A stretch of 64,000 nucleotides of DNA from Candidatus Poribacteria bacterium (lineage in GTDB: Bacteria > Poribacteria > WGA-4E > PCPOR2b), in NCBI GenBank assembly GCA_965208675.1, contig OZ242351.1, positions 1,184,001 to 1,248,000 of the forward strand, given 5' to 3'. Under the pieces are notes generated by a model. It was not told the origin of the DNA and did no database searches. It worked only from the letters and a program-made list of their open reading frames with translations. Below, in pieces: positions 38,996 to 50,066 of this stretch. The position numbers and the translations under genes are program-made. Position 1 is the first letter of the stretch. The number at the start of each line of letters is the position of its first letter.

Positions 38996-40186
38996 TCATT
39001 TCATCGCGGCACGGTCAAAAATTATTTCTGCGATTTCTCGCTTGGACAGCAGGGGAAGCTGTTCATGTGAGCCGTCACGATTCAAAAGTGTCACAACGTT
39101 TGTATCGCCTTCAAACCCTGCGCCTTTTTCCAAGATGTTGTTTGCTACAATCAAATCCAAGTTCTTATCGGCTAACTTTTGCCGAGCATGACTCAAGATA
39201 TCGTCCGTTTCAGCCGCAAACCCTACGAGAATCTGATGCGATTTCCGCCTACCGAGCTCCAGCGCAATATCAGGGTTTTTTACGAGCGGAAACGTAAATT
39301 GATCGGCTTTTTTCTTGATTTTATGGGAAGAGACCGTTTCGGGACGGTAATCTGCAACTGCTGCCGTCATTATGACAAAATCTGCCTGATCGAATACTGC
39401 AAAAACTGCGTCGCGCATTTCCATCGCAGTTTCGACATAGCGGCAATCAATACCGGTGGGGGGAGGCACCGCTGTTGGACCGCTGATTAGAAAAACATCC
39501 GCGCCGCGGCGATACGCTGCTTCAGCAACCGCATAACCCATTTTGCCGCTGGATCGATTGCTGATGAAACGAACCGGGTCGAGATATTCCCGCGTCGGTC
39601 CCGCCGTGACTACAACTTTCTTGTTAATCATATCTCTTTTGCCGGACAATCGCCGTGTAATACGTTCTAGAATCACTTCAACCGTGTTCAAACGCCCGAT
39701 CCCCTGACGCCCAGAGCCAAGATCTCCGATGACAGGTTCAACAAATTCAACATCGTGATCTCTCAGACGCGTCATGTTTGCTTGCACGTAAGGGTTTTGG
39801 TACATGTGATCTTCCATTGCTGGGGCAATCAAAACGGGACAGTGGACGGAGATCGCGACGGTTGAGAGGACATCGTCCGCGATGCCATTTGCCATTTTCC
39901 CAATCACATTTGCGGTCGCAGGCGCAATCACCAGCAAATCCGCCTGTTCTGCGAGATCGATGTGGGCGGGCTTCCAATCCGATTCGGGGTTGAATAGATT
40001 TAGCATCACGGGGTTGCGGGAGATGACCTGGAATTGCAATGGTTGCACCAAGCGGGTGGCATTTTCCGTCATAACCACATGAACGGAAGCGCCGTGCTTA
40101 ACCAACTGACTCGCCAAATCGACAGATTTATGGATAGCGATACTGCCAGTGACTCCTAAGATGATTCGCCGCTCTTTCAATTCCAT
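38996..40186 (-). CDS. coaBC: Bifunctional phosphopantothenoylcysteine decarboxylase / phosphopantothenate-cysteine ligase
   Basis: GVTGSIA, APATAN, PAM, TAGPTREYLDPVRFISNRSSGKMG, GFAAET. Confidence 0.97.
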   Translation of the reverse strand: MELKERRIILGVTGSIAIHKSVDLASQLVKHGASVHVVMTENATRLVQPLQFQVISRNPVMLNLFNPESDWKPAHIDLAEQADLLVIAPATANVIGKMANGIADDVLSTVAISVHCPVLIAPAMEDHMYQNPYVQANMTRLRDHDVEFVEPVIGDLGSGRQGIGRLNTVEVILERITRRLSGKRDMINKKVVVTAGPTREYLDPVRFISNRSSGKMGYAVAEAAYRRGADVFLISGPTAVPPPTGIDCRYVETAMEMRDAVFAVFDQADFVIMTAAVADYRPETVSSHKIKKKADQFTFPLVKNPDIALELGRRKSHQILVGFAAETDDILSHARQKLADKNLDLIVANNILEKGAGFEGDTNVVTLLNRDGSHEQLPLLSKREIAEIIFDRAAMK

Positions 40187-40438
40187 TTCGTCATCGCCTC
40201 TAGAATCTCAATTTTCATCTCGTTTCTGAATATTTTACAGTATTCTGTGATTCATGTCTACATTGTGTTGCGTACGATTCGTTCGTAATGACCGTTGACC
40301 GTTTTTCGACCTTTTTGCATATCTTCAACATTAGACAAATCCTAACCGCGTTTATCGGCACGGCATTCACAGCCATAGCAATAGAAACTTTTTATTTTAA
40401 CGCTTAAATTCTTGGCAATGCACGCTAATAATTCAAAG

Positions 40439-41662
40439 ATGCAACCGATTTTTCCTCGTCAAATCCTATTCGCCGCATTCGCAATAGCCGCCGCTGCCAG
40501 TTTTTTGCTGTGCGGATACGAATTCATCCGAGCCGTCTCAGACTCACTGTTTATCGGTGCCTATGGCGCTGAAAACCTGCCTTGGGTCATGGCTGCTGTG
40601 TTTCCCGGCGTTTACCTAATGATTTTCCTTTACGGCCGTCTCCTTTCGTGGGTCGGTGCAAACCGCGCGCTCATCGTGACATCGCTGCTTTCGGGAGTAA
40701 TGATCTTATCCGCCTATGGTCTGATTTTGAAAGGCTTTCCTATCGCCACAGCAATCATCTACGTCTTTCGCGAGGCGTACATCGTTCTCATTATCGAACA
40801 ATACTGGGCATTCGTCAACAGCACGCTAAGTCCCAACCAGGCACGCCGCATCAACGGTCCTTTTTGCGGCCTAGCATCGTTGGGATCGGTCGCGGGGGGA
40901 TTCCTCGCCGGACATTTGGCGGAACGGGTGGGTTCAGACACGCTGCTAATTTTCACGGCTGCGTCACTGCTGCCAGCCGCGGCATGTTCAGCTGCGGCTT
41001 ACGCCTTCGCTGGTACGCCGCAGCCATCTGAAGCTGAACGCGGCGGAAAATTTGGACACACCGGGCTGCGGGTGTTATTTCAATCCCGATATCTCATGTT
41101 CATCGGTTTGTTGGTCATAACTACGCAGATAGTTTCAACCGTGTTGGACCTTCGATTTAAAGGCCTAATTGAAATTGAAATACCGGAAATAGACGAGAGA
41201 ACCGCGTTCATCGGAAATTTTTACGGCACGCTTGGCGCCGTCGCCGCAACTCTCCAATTTGTGGTTACGCCACTATTGCTGCGATTTGTCCACATTCGCA
41301 TCGTGCACCTTGCCATTCCAATAATACATCTCATCACCTGCAGTGTCCTCACTGCCTCACCGTCGCTGTGGATTAGTGCTGCTGCGTTTTTAGTATTTAA
41401 AGGGCTTGATTACTCAATTTTCCGCGCCGGCAAAGAGATTTTTTACATCCCTTTGCCGTTCGATGCCCGATACCGGGCAAAGCAGATTATCGATTCTTTT
41501 GGCTATCGATCTGCAAAAAGCGGCAGTGCATTCATAATCGCCCTAACGCGTCTGCCCGCATCAGCGTTTTCCTTGGCTGCTATAATTGCGGCAACCATCT
41601 GGTCCGGTATTGTATCAAATTTAGCAACGCAGTATCAGACAGTGGAGAAAACTCAAGATTGA
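40439..41662 (+). CDS. Npt1/TLC-like (ATP/ADP translocase family) MFS transporter
   Basis: About 11-12 TM segments; YEFIRAVSDSLF, QYWAFVN, KGLDYSIFRAGKEIFYIPL..RYRAKQIIDSFGYRSAK. Confidence 0.75.
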   Translation: MQPIFPRQILFAAFAIAAAASFLLCGYEFIRAVSDSLFIGAYGAENLPWVMAAVFPGVYLMIFLYGRLLSWVGANRALIVTSLLSGVMILSAYGLILKGFPIATAIIYVFREAYIVLIIEQYWAFVNSTLSPNQARRINGPFCGLASLGSVAGGFLAGHLAERVGSDTLLIFTAASLLPAAACSAAAYAFAGTPQPSEAERGGKFGHTGLRVLFQSRYLMFIGLLVITTQIVSTVLDLRFKGLIEIEIPEIDERTAFIGNFYGTLGAVAATLQFVVTPLLLRFVHIRIVHLAIPIIHLITCSVLTASPSLWISAAAFLVFKGLDYSIFRAGKEIFYIPLPFDARYRAKQIIDSFGYRSAKSGSAFIIALTRLPASAFSLAAIIAATIWSGIVSNLATQYQTVEKTQD

Positions 41663-41786
41663 GGGTAAGGTAATTGGGAATTCAGGGAAGTGAACTTGGA
41701 GTTAATGGAGCAGAGTTTCAGATGAATATGGGCAAATGCCGCTTCACCGTCGAACTCAGATTGTTCGCCACGCATTAAATCTGTCA

Positions 41787-43100
41787 TTAGGTAACGAAAA
41801 TTGCTCTCAACACGCTTTCCCGAACTCGATCATATGCTAGGGCTGCACCGGCGATATTTCCGCCCGCGGGACCAAGTTGAAGCTGCGCAATTACTCCCGA
41901 CCCAAAAAGACTCTCAACGGGGGTCAGTTGCAGTTTTTCATCGAGTACCGGCAACCCGCGCACGGTTGTTACGCCGTGTTGTTCGATCAGATTTGACAGA
42001 AATGCGTATTTGCGAAGATTAAATCGATACCCCGTTGCGAGGATAATTGCGTCAACCGCGTCAATCACTCCCAGTGAGGTTTTCACCTGTAATCGATCAA
42101 GCCGACTCGTTTTGTTGATGTCAAGCACTTCGGCGCCGATGCAGCGTTGGAATTTTTTGTTCGTAATGGCAAATTTTTCCAACGCTTCGGCAATGTCCGG
42201 CGTAACACTTCCCTCGCCCCTTGCCTGTTGGATAATTTCCCACCGTTTCTCCCAATCGGGTTCATCGTTGAACGCCTCAATTGTTTTCGGCCCCAACCAT
42301 GAAGGTTGAAAGTCAAATTGTTGAATTTTCAGCGGACTTCTCATAATGGACACTACCTGCGTGCCCTGCTCAACGAGGGATTTTGCAAGGGTGCCAGCCG
42401 TTAATCCGCCGCCGATTATGACGACTTTCTGCGCTTCCTTCGAAAGCTGTGTATGACCGAGGCGCTGTCCGAATTTCTGCAGATCGAAATCCCTCGAATG
42501 CAATATACGCTCCGGAAACCGATTTCGCCAACGCACGAATTCCGGCGGTATGTATGGGCAATCGTCAGAACCCACAGCCAGAATAACGCAACGCGCCCGA
42601 AACCCTTCATTGCGCTGCGAGATAATTCTGAACGGATACCGGCCGCTGCCTTTATCCCATCGCAATTCCGCGACATCAAAATGGTGATAGAACGAACCAA
42701 TCTGTTGTTGGTCGATTTCTCGGCGGCAAAAATCAAGAAAGAGACCCGTGGAAGGCTGTGAGTACGGTGGGGAAAGTTCATTGGTGCGCTGGTGAATTCT
42801 CGCGTGCTCTACGATTCCTAACGCATCCATTCCGACATGGTGCACAGCAGGAGATCTCAAGGAGTTCATTCCCTGCTTCTGTGTTTTTATCTGCCATGCC
42901 GTCAAGGGATGCGCATAACGATCTAGAATCGCGAGATATTTCACCGCTTCGGTTCCAAAAATCTGGTGTCTCGCAAAATCTCGAATTAACCGCGCCGCGA
43001 TTGATATACCGTGGATGCCGCCTCCAATGATTGCTACAGGGATATTTTGATGGCTGAGGTTCAACATGGCACAAACACAAGCGCCGCGATGATTGTGCAT
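41787..43100 (-). CDS. FAD/NAD(P)-binding oxidoreductase (N-hydroxylating monooxygenase-like)
   Basis: IIGGGIHG, LRSP, IIGGGLTA, ILATGY, GPAGGNIAGA; start uncertain (43100 or 43067). Confidence 0.8.
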   Translation of the reverse strand: MHNHRGACVCAMLNLSHQNIPVAIIGGGIHGISIAARLIRDFARHQIFGTEAVKYLAILDRYAHPLTAWQIKTQKQGMNSLRSPAVHHVGMDALGIVEHARIHQRTNELSPPYSQPSTGLFLDFCRREIDQQQIGSFYHHFDVAELRWDKGSGRYPFRIISQRNEGFRARCVILAVGSDDCPYIPPEFVRWRNRFPERILHSRDFDLQKFGQRLGHTQLSKEAQKVVIIGGGLTAGTLAKSLVEQGTQVVSIMRSPLKIQQFDFQPSWLGPKTIEAFNDEPDWEKRWEIIQQARGEGSVTPDIAEALEKFAITNKKFQRCIGAEVLDINKTSRLDRLQVKTSLGVIDAVDAIILATGYRFNLRKYAFLSNLIEQHGVTTVRGLPVLDEKLQLTPVESLFGSGVIAQLQLGPAGGNIAGAALAYDRVRESVLRAIFVT

Positions 43101-43213
43101 GACTTCGCGTTTGCTTGTGCATCGCGTAGATGCGTCATCTAGGTGGGCAATTGACGCTCATGCAGCCTCAGGTTTACTCAGCGGCAAGCGATCGAAGCTG
43201 GTTTTATGTTCGG

Positions 43214-45490
43214 TCAATCGCTTAAGGATTCAGAAAAGTCGCACGACTCGTCGTAGCAGACACGTTGGCGCCCCTTTGATTTTGTTACTTTTTCAAGAAG
43301 GAACGGCGATTGGCACTGCGGGCAGGGTTGTGAAACGGGTTTATCCCAATGCACAAACCTACATTTCGGATAGTTGCTGCATCCATAGAAAACCTTCCCA
43401 CGCTTACTGCGGCGCTCCCCAAGGTAGCCGCCACAGCCATCCTCTGGACAATCAACACCGATATTAATCGGTTTTGCATTCCTGCACGCTGGGTATCCCG
43501 TACACGCGAGGAATCTGCCTCCAGCGCGGCTCGTTTTAATTGTCATTGGACGGCCGCACTTGTCGCAGATCTCATCCGTCGGTTCCTCTTCGGCAGGCTG
43601 TGTTTCGCTTTCCGTCAAGGGTTTTATGTTGCGGCACTCTGGAAACTTTGAACATCCGAGGAAACGTCCGTATCTACCCCATTTAATGATCATTGCCGAA
43701 CCACATTTATCACAAGTCTGATCGGTAGTCTCCTCCATCTCCTTCATCGCATGGTACATAACATCAGGTGCCTCGCTCAAGGCACTGCTGAAGGGGTCAT
43801 AAAATGTACTCAATGTCGCCACCCAATCCAATTTCCCGTCCTCAATGTCGTCGAGCTGTTGCTCCATCTTCGCCGTAAATTGGGCATCCACGATATTAGG
43901 AAAACCCTTAACCAAGAGTTGGTTGACCAGTATTCCAATATCTTGAGGAACAAACCGCCCTTTTTCTTTGAGGACGTATTCCCTTTCCTGAATTTTGGAG
44001 ATAATTTCGGCGTAAGTGCTCGGTCGGCCAATCTCCTTTGCTTCCAACTCTTTGACAAGCGTAGCCTCTGTATAACGAGGCGGCGGTTTAGTGTAATGCT
44101 GTTTTGGGATGGATTTGAGGAGCTCAAGGATATCGCCAACTTTTAATTCCGGCAGTATCGTCTCCTCGTCATTTTCGCCATCCTTGTTGCTGTCGCCCTC
44201 GTCGCGGCCCTCCATATAGACAGCCATGAATCCCTTGAACTTGATTATAGAGCCGGTCGCACGGAAGATATATTCACCCGCGGAAACGTCAATCGTTGTG
44301 ACATCCAAAAGCGCTGGGTTCATCTGGCTAGCAACAAATCGCTTCCAGATGAGGTCATAGAGCCGAAATTGCTCCGTGGACAAATGCGGCTTCATAGACT
44401 CGGGTGTTCGTTCAACGGACGTAGGCCGAATCGCTTCATGCGCATCTTGCGCACCCTTTTTGCCTCTATAGTGGACTGGTCGCGTCGGTAGATGATCGCC
44501 GCCATAAGTCTTTTTGATGTACGATCGAACTTCGGTAATGGCTTCGTTCGATACTCGTGTTGAATCGGTTCGCATATACGTAATCAGTCCGACGGAACCT
44601 CCTGCACCAATCTCCAACCCTTCATAGAGTTTCTGGGCAACGTCCATTGTGCGTTTCGCCGTAAATCTGCACTTACGCGCAGCGTCTTGCTGCAGAGTGC
44701 TCGTGATGAACGGCGGAACTGGTCTCCGTTTTCGCTCACGTCTCTGAACAGTTTTGACGACAAATTTTTTCGTTCTCGTATCCGCGACGATTTCATTCGC
44801 GCGCGTCTCATCAATCGGAAATCCGTACGTACTAATTGACCCCTTTTCATCTCCAATCTGAAGTAGCTTCACGTCAAACGGGTCGATCGGTTCGCCTTTC
44901 AGCGTCGCCGTAATCGTCCAATATTCCACGGGAACGAATGCTTCAATTTCTGCTTCCCGTTCACAGATGAGCCTTACGGCAACGGACTGAACTCGCCCCG
45001 CACTCAACCCCGGTTTCAGCGTCCTCCAAAGGAGTGGGCTAATCTGATAACCGACCAATCGATCAAGTATTCGACGTGCTTGCTGTGCCTCAAAAAGCTT
45101 TTCATTAACTCTTCCGGGGTTATCGATGGCGGCTTGGATGGCACTCTCCGTAACCTCATTGTATATGATTCGGTAAATTGGTTTCCTCGTTTTCCCCAGC
45201 TCATGGGCGAGATGCCAACATATCGCCTCCCCTTCTCGATCCAGGTCAGCGGCAAGATAAATTGAGTCTACGTTCTTTGCGGCAGTCTGCAGCTCCTTGA
45301 TTGTTTTCCCTTTTCCGCGAATCAGGGTGTACTTCGGGGTAAATCCGTTGTTGACATCAACGCCAAGCTCTTTAGGAGGCAAATCGCGGATATGCCCCAT
45401 AGAGGCTTTAACGATATAATTTCGGCCGAGAATTTTGTTTATCGTTTTCGCCTTCGCGGGCGATTCAACAACAACTAACGATTTCGGCAT
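43214..45490 (-). CDS. topA: DNA topoisomerase I
   Basis: VVESPAKAKTI, DLDREGEAI, SAGRVQS, LITYMRTDS, C-terminal Zn ribbons. Confidence 0.98.
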   Translation of the reverse strand: MPKSLVVVESPAKAKTINKILGRNYIVKASMGHIRDLPPKELGVDVNNGFTPKYTLIRGKGKTIKELQTAAKNVDSIYLAADLDREGEAICWHLAHELGKTRKPIYRIIYNEVTESAIQAAIDNPGRVNEKLFEAQQARRILDRLVGYQISPLLWRTLKPGLSAGRVQSVAVRLICEREAEIEAFVPVEYWTITATLKGEPIDPFDVKLLQIGDEKGSISTYGFPIDETRANEIVADTRTKKFVVKTVQRRERKRRPVPPFITSTLQQDAARKCRFTAKRTMDVAQKLYEGLEIGAGGSVGLITYMRTDSTRVSNEAITEVRSYIKKTYGGDHLPTRPVHYRGKKGAQDAHEAIRPTSVERTPESMKPHLSTEQFRLYDLIWKRFVASQMNPALLDVTTIDVSAGEYIFRATGSIIKFKGFMAVYMEGRDEGDSNKDGENDEETILPELKVGDILELLKSIPKQHYTKPPPRYTEATLVKELEAKEIGRPSTYAEIISKIQEREYVLKEKGRFVPQDIGILVNQLLVKGFPNIVDAQFTAKMEQQLDDIEDGKLDWVATLSTFYDPFSSALSEAPDVMYHAMKEMEETTDQTCDKCGSAMIIKWGRYGRFLGCSKFPECRNIKPLTESETQPAEEEPTDEICDKCGRPMTIKTSRAGGRFLACTGYPACRNAKPINIGVDCPEDGCGGYLGERRSKRGKVFYGCSNYPKCRFVHWDKPVSQPCPQCQSPFLLEKVTKSKGRQRVCYDESCDFSESLSD

Positions 45491-45492
45491 AG

Positions 45493-46302
45493 TTAAATCT
45501 CCGTATGCGATGCGGACGAAGGCTGAAGTCCGTCAGAATGAAAATCAAGAAGGTCGATAAGTAGCGATCGCATTTCACGGCGATGAACAATCGTATCAAT
45601 TAGCCCGTGTTCAAGCAAGAACTCGGCTTTCTGGAAATTGTCGGGCAGTTGCTCCCGGATACTTGCGACGGCTAAAGGACCCGCAAAGCCAATCCGCGCC
45701 CCCGGCTCTGCAACGATGATGTGCCCAAGCGACGCAAAGCTAGCGGTCGTCCCGCCAAACGTGGGGTCAGTCATTACCGATATGTAAAAGAGATTCGCTT
45801 TAGCGTGCTCAACACATGCGGCTGCTGTCTTCGCCATTTGCATCAGTGCTAACGTGCCCTCTTGCATCCGCATCCCGCCGCTCACCGACACCGTAATCAA
45901 TGGAAGCCTCTCCTCAGTCGCCCGCTCAATGCAGCGTGTCAACTTTTCACCGGCAACCGATCCAACCGTACCGCCTCTTATGGCGACATCCGCAATTCCA
46001 ACCGCCGTCGGGTATCCGCCAATCTTTGCAATGCCGGCGAGCACTTCGGATTTTAACCCCGTTTTGGCAAAGTCCTGCTGCAGTTTTGTCTCATAGTCCG
46101 GAAAATTCAACGGATTCAGCGAATACAACCCGTTATCGTAACTTTCAAAGCTGCCATCATCGACCAATAGCCTGAGTCGTTCATCTGCGCTCATGTAGTG
46201 ATGGTGGTCGCATTCTGGACAAACTTTATGGAACTCTTCGAACACAGACTCCTGAATTTCGGCGCCACAATTGCGGCAGGAGACTGACTTTGAAGCTGCC
46301 AT
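45493..46302 (-). CDS. accD: Acetyl-CoA carboxylase carboxyltransferase beta subunit
   Basis: CxxC..CxxC, SGGMRMQEG, DPTFGG, AEPGARIGFAG, FQKAEFLLEHG. Confidence 0.93.
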   Translation of the reverse strand: MAASKSVSCRNCGAEIQESVFEEFHKVCPECDHHHYMSADERLRLLVDDGSFESYDNGLYSLNPLNFPDYETKLQQDFAKTGLKSEVLAGIAKIGGYPTAVGIADVAIRGGTVGSVAGEKLTRCIERATEERLPLITVSVSGGMRMQEGTLALMQMAKTAAACVEHAKANLFYISVMTDPTFGGTTASFASLGHIIVAEPGARIGFAGPLAVASIREQLPDNFQKAEFLLEHGLIDTIVHRREMRSLLIDLLDFHSDGLQPSSASHTEI

Positions 46303-46524
46303 GCTTCTACTCCTAGTATCTCTCCCAAGCTATAATAGTAGGCGAACCTCTCAAAAAGGCGTATAATACCTTTGGCGATGTGGATTGTCAAGCAAAAATG
46401 GTCTGCGGCGGGCTTTTAGCAGGTTGGTTGTGTGTGGTGCTTATTTTGCTCTCACACGTGGGAAACATATCCATATAACATCTCCTACGCGGATGTCTGA
46501 AATGCCCTATTCAAGAAGCGCAGG

Positions 46525-47952
46525 TTAATTGACCTCTATTCCCAGTTTCCTAATCTTCTGCAGCAAAGTTGTCCTGCTGATACCCAACAATTTCGCTGAT
46601 TTCGTCTGATTAGCATCTGCGCCATCGAGTATAATCCGGATTAGCGCGCCATCCACAGCATCAATTACTTCATTGTATAGCGAATCTCGATTGTCCGTTA
46701 CGGCGTCGTCAATAAATGGTCTCAAAGCAGATTCGAGTTGCTTCTCTAGTTCAGGACGATTTGAATGTTTGCTTTCTCTGTACCTTACAATCTCGGGAGG
46801 AAGGTGTTCCGGCAGGACAATATCCGACCTTGACAGCACAGCGGCGCTTTTGAGTGCGTTTTCTAACTCTCTCACATTGCCAGGCCAATCGTACCCCCGC
46901 AAATACTGCAGGCAACGGCTTGATAGCCCCCGAACAGGTTTACCAAGCTCCGCGCTAATCAGCATCAAGAAGTGGTCGACAAGCAGCGGAATGTCTTCAA
47001 CACGATCCCGCAACGGCGGCAGATGGATGGAGAGGCGTTTAAAGCGGTAGTACAGATCCTCACGGAACTTCCCAAGTCTGGAAGCCTCGCCAAGATCGCG
47101 GTTAGTTACGGCAATAATGCGGACATCAACGCCTATCGTCTCGGTTCCGCCTACCCTTTCGATTTCCTGTTCTTGTAGGGCGCGCTGCAATTTAACCTGC
47201 AGCGCCGGGCTCATATTCGACACTTCGTCAAGCAAAAGCGTCCCCCCGTCTGCAAGCTCAAATCTGCCCGGTTTTCCTTTTGCGCTTGCCCCGGTGAATG
47301 CGCCCGGGTCGTATCCAAAAAGTTCACTTTCTAACAGCTCATCCGGCAACGCACCGCAGTTGACCGCGACATACGGTTTGTCTCTACGAACACTATTGGC
47401 ATGAATCGCTTGCGCGATTAGCTCCTTCCCGGTTCCGCTCTCCCCCTCGATGAGCACCGTGATCGTGTTGGTTGACATTATGCCTATCAGTTTGTAAATT
47501 TCTTGCATTTGAACCGATTTACCAATCAGGCGAGGCCCCAAAAACGAGCTCGGCATTTGCGCCTCAGGAAATTGAAGCTCGCCCCGCGCAGCCTGCATCT
47601 GGATGGCACGATCAAGGACCACTTTCACTTTATCTAGATCAATTGGTTTGGGTAGAAAGTCAAATGCCTGCAACTTCATGGCTTGGATAGTCGTATCAAC
47701 GTCGTCATGCGCAGTCATCACCACAACAATCGCATCCGGCTGCATAGATTTAATCTGCTTCAAGGCGTCCAAGCCATTCATGCCCGGTAGTCGGACATCA
47801 AGCAAAACAATATCGGGGGTCTCAGATTCAATCTGCCGCAAACCCTCCTCTGCGTTATTGGCAATTATCGGTTTGTAGCCTTCCTCAGCCAAAAATTGCT
47901 CAAACGCCCAACAGATTTTTTCATCATCATCTACCACTAAAATTTTCTTCAT
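46525..47952 (-). CDS. Sigma54-dependent response regulator (NtrC/AtoC family)
   Basis: REC domain, GESGTGKE, GAFTGA, WPGNVRELEN, C-terminal Fis-type HTH. Confidence 0.95.
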   Translation of the reverse strand: MKKILVVDDDEKICWAFEQFLAEEGYKPIIANNAEEGLRQIESETPDIVLLDVRLPGMNGLDALKQIKSMQPDAIVVVMTAHDDVDTTIQAMKLQAFDFLPKPIDLDKVKVVLDRAIQMQAARGELQFPEAQMPSSFLGPRLIGKSVQMQEIYKLIGIMSTNTITVLIEGESGTGKELIAQAIHANSVRRDKPYVAVNCGALPDELLESELFGYDPGAFTGASAKGKPGRFELADGGTLLLDEVSNMSPALQVKLQRALQEQEIERVGGTETIGVDVRIIAVTNRDLGEASRLGKFREDLYYRFKRLSIHLPPLRDRVEDIPLLVDHFLMLISAELGKPVRGLSSRCLQYLRGYDWPGNVRELENALKSAAVLSRSDIVLPEHLPPEIVRYRESKHSNRPELEKQLESALRPFIDDAVTDNRDSLYNEVIDAVDGALIRIILDGADANQTKSAKLLGISRTTLLQKIRKLGIEVN

Positions 47953-48281
47953 AATGCACCAATGCCTACAAGTTTAACGGTTGTATCTTATCACGTTTCA
48001 ACGGAAATTTCAATCTGTTAATGTATCGTGTGAACGCCAGTCCCTCACTCTTCTCCGTCCAGCCGCCCAGACAATTATCTCGATCGCGGCCTCGCTCAAG
48101 TCTCACTTGATAACTTTGTATACATACCCAATGTTAAATGACCATGTCTTGAGTTTGGAAAAATTATATTGCATTTTAGCGGCGATACAGTTATTCTAAT
48201 TATGATTATGATCCGAACCACTTAATCACTAAAGATGAGAAAACTGAGTTCAAACTTGCTCTGAATTAGCTTAAGATAATC

Positions 48282-48959
48282 ATGCGTAAAGAAACATTGA
48301 AGCAACTCGCCGCCGAGGCAGCCGCCAAGAACGTGCAGGATGGAATGGTTGTCGGGCTAGGTACTGGCTCTACTATCTACTATGCTTTGCTGAAGCTAGG
48401 CGAGATGGTACGCGGCGGTCTTGATATTATCGGTATCCCAACATCGAAACAGACCGAAGAAATCGCGAATGCACATGGCATACCGCTATCAACGCCAGAA
48501 CAGCATCAGGTTATAGATGTAACCATTGACGGTGCAGACGAGGTTGATACCAACCTTCACCTGATTAAAGGCATGGGCGGTGCACTGGTGAGGGAAAAAA
48601 TTGTCGCCAATGCCTCCAATCAACTCATCATTGTTGCGGACGAAAGCAAACTGGTGGAAACATTAGGCACAAAATCTCCGCTGCCTGTGGAGGTTGTCCC
48701 ATTTGGTTGGCAGACCACGCAGCTTGCCTTGAATCAGCTCTGTGACAGAATTTCGTTGCGGCTTGTCAATAATGTGCCGTTCAACAGCGATAACGGTTTG
48801 TACATTTTGGACTGCCACTTCAATTCCATACCTCAGCCCGCACAAACCGAACAGATAATCAACAATATCCCCGGCGTAGTTGAAAACGGTCTTTTTGTGA
48901 ACCGTGCTGAGAAGGCAATCATTGGCACCGCTTCGGGCATCCAGATTAGAGAGAAGTGA
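48282..48959 (+). CDS. rpiA: Ribose-5-phosphate isomerase A
   Basis: GLGTGST, DGADEVD, IKGMGGALVREK, PGVVENGLF. Confidence 0.97.
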   Translation: MRKETLKQLAAEAAAKNVQDGMVVGLGTGSTIYYALLKLGEMVRGGLDIIGIPTSKQTEEIANAHGIPLSTPEQHQVIDVTIDGADEVDTNLHLIKGMGGALVREKIVANASNQLIIVADESKLVETLGTKSPLPVEVVPFGWQTTQLALNQLCDRISLRLVNNVPFNSDNGLYILDCHFNSIPQPAQTEQIINNIPGVVENGLFVNRAEKAIIGTASGIQIREK

Positions 48960-48960
48960 A

Positions 48961-49920
48961 TTGAAGAAGGTATTTCAAACTAGTTGGTCGCGGGAAAGAT
49001 TTCACAGGTTGACGCGCGATACAATACGTGTTGTGTATTGCGAATTGCGTGATGGCTCACCACGCGCCGCACGTCCATCCACGGTTCTACTTTCTCTCGC
49101 CATATTTTGGTCTACATGCTCCCTAATCCTACAGCCCTCTTGTTGGGCAGCGTCGTATTTTCGAGAAAGCGGATTGACCGACATACCGACGGGAAAAGTG
49201 GTCGAACACGGGATTTTCAACATTGGGACCTACTTTGCTTTTCGCAGCGAAGACGCAATCCAGCGCGACGAAGCCGCCGCTCGGTTCGATTTTGGCCTTT
49301 TCGATAGGATTGAAATCGGTTTGACCAGCACACGGCTGAATCAAGAGAGCCATTTATCAGGGAATCTAAAGCTACTCCTATTCCGCGAATCTGGCGCAGT
49401 CCCCAATGTAGCGGTTGGTGTTGAAAACGTTGGGAACACGATTGAGAATGGACTAAACGACGTATCTCGCTACAAACGCCAGTCTACTTTCCTCGCAATT
49501 AGCAAGGTGTTTAATTTACCCCGCGTTCATCTGATTTCTGGACACATCGGTATCGGAAACCGGCGTTTCGTTGATAATGTTGGCATGGGTAAGTGGTTAA
49601 ACGGGGTGTTTTTCGGGATTGGCAAGGATTTCCATCCCGCCTTCGCTAAGGGCGATCTCAATTTTAGCATCGAAGTCGATGGCAGAGGTGTTAACTCCGG
49701 TTTAAGACATACGGCAACTACCGGTCTGCAGGTCTACCTCGGTGTGGAAGCATTGAACGCGCTCACGAGCGATGAAGAAGAAATTCGATTTTTGGCGGGT
49801 GTAGCGTGGACAAACCGTTCTTTTATGAAACAAACCGAAGACTCTAAACGGTTGTCGGAACAAGCCGTTAAGATTGCGAATCAAGCCAAACGGAAGGCTG
49901 AAGAACAGTCAACAGATTAG
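48961..49920 (+). CDS. Exported YjbH-like outer-membrane beta-barrel protein
   Basis: Signal-like segment then SGLTDIPT, amphipathic beta strands, PNVAVGVEN; start uncertain. Confidence 0.6.
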   Translation: MKKVFQTSWSRERFHRLTRDTIRVVYCELRDGSPRAARPSTVLLSLAIFWSTCSLILQPSCWAASYFRESGLTDIPTGKVVEHGIFNIGTYFAFRSEDAIQRDEAAARFDFGLFDRIEIGLTSTRLNQESHLSGNLKLLLFRESGAVPNVAVGVENVGNTIENGLNDVSRYKRQSTFLAISKVFNLPRVHLISGHIGIGNRRFVDNVGMGKWLNGVFFGIGKDFHPAFAKGDLNFSIEVDGRGVNSGLRHTATTGLQVYLGVEALNALTSDEEEIRFLAGVAWTNRSFMKQTEDSKRLSEQAVKIANQAKRKAEEQSTD

Positions 49921-50066
49921 CCGTATTCCTGCTGTTTACACTCATAAATTTTACTGATGTAGACTGCGATTAGCTGCAATGCAGGAACTAACACTGTTAT
50001 AGTGCCGCCTCTCATTCGCCTCGCTAACACCCCGCACTTTAGCTGGTCACAACTTTTGCTCCATGG

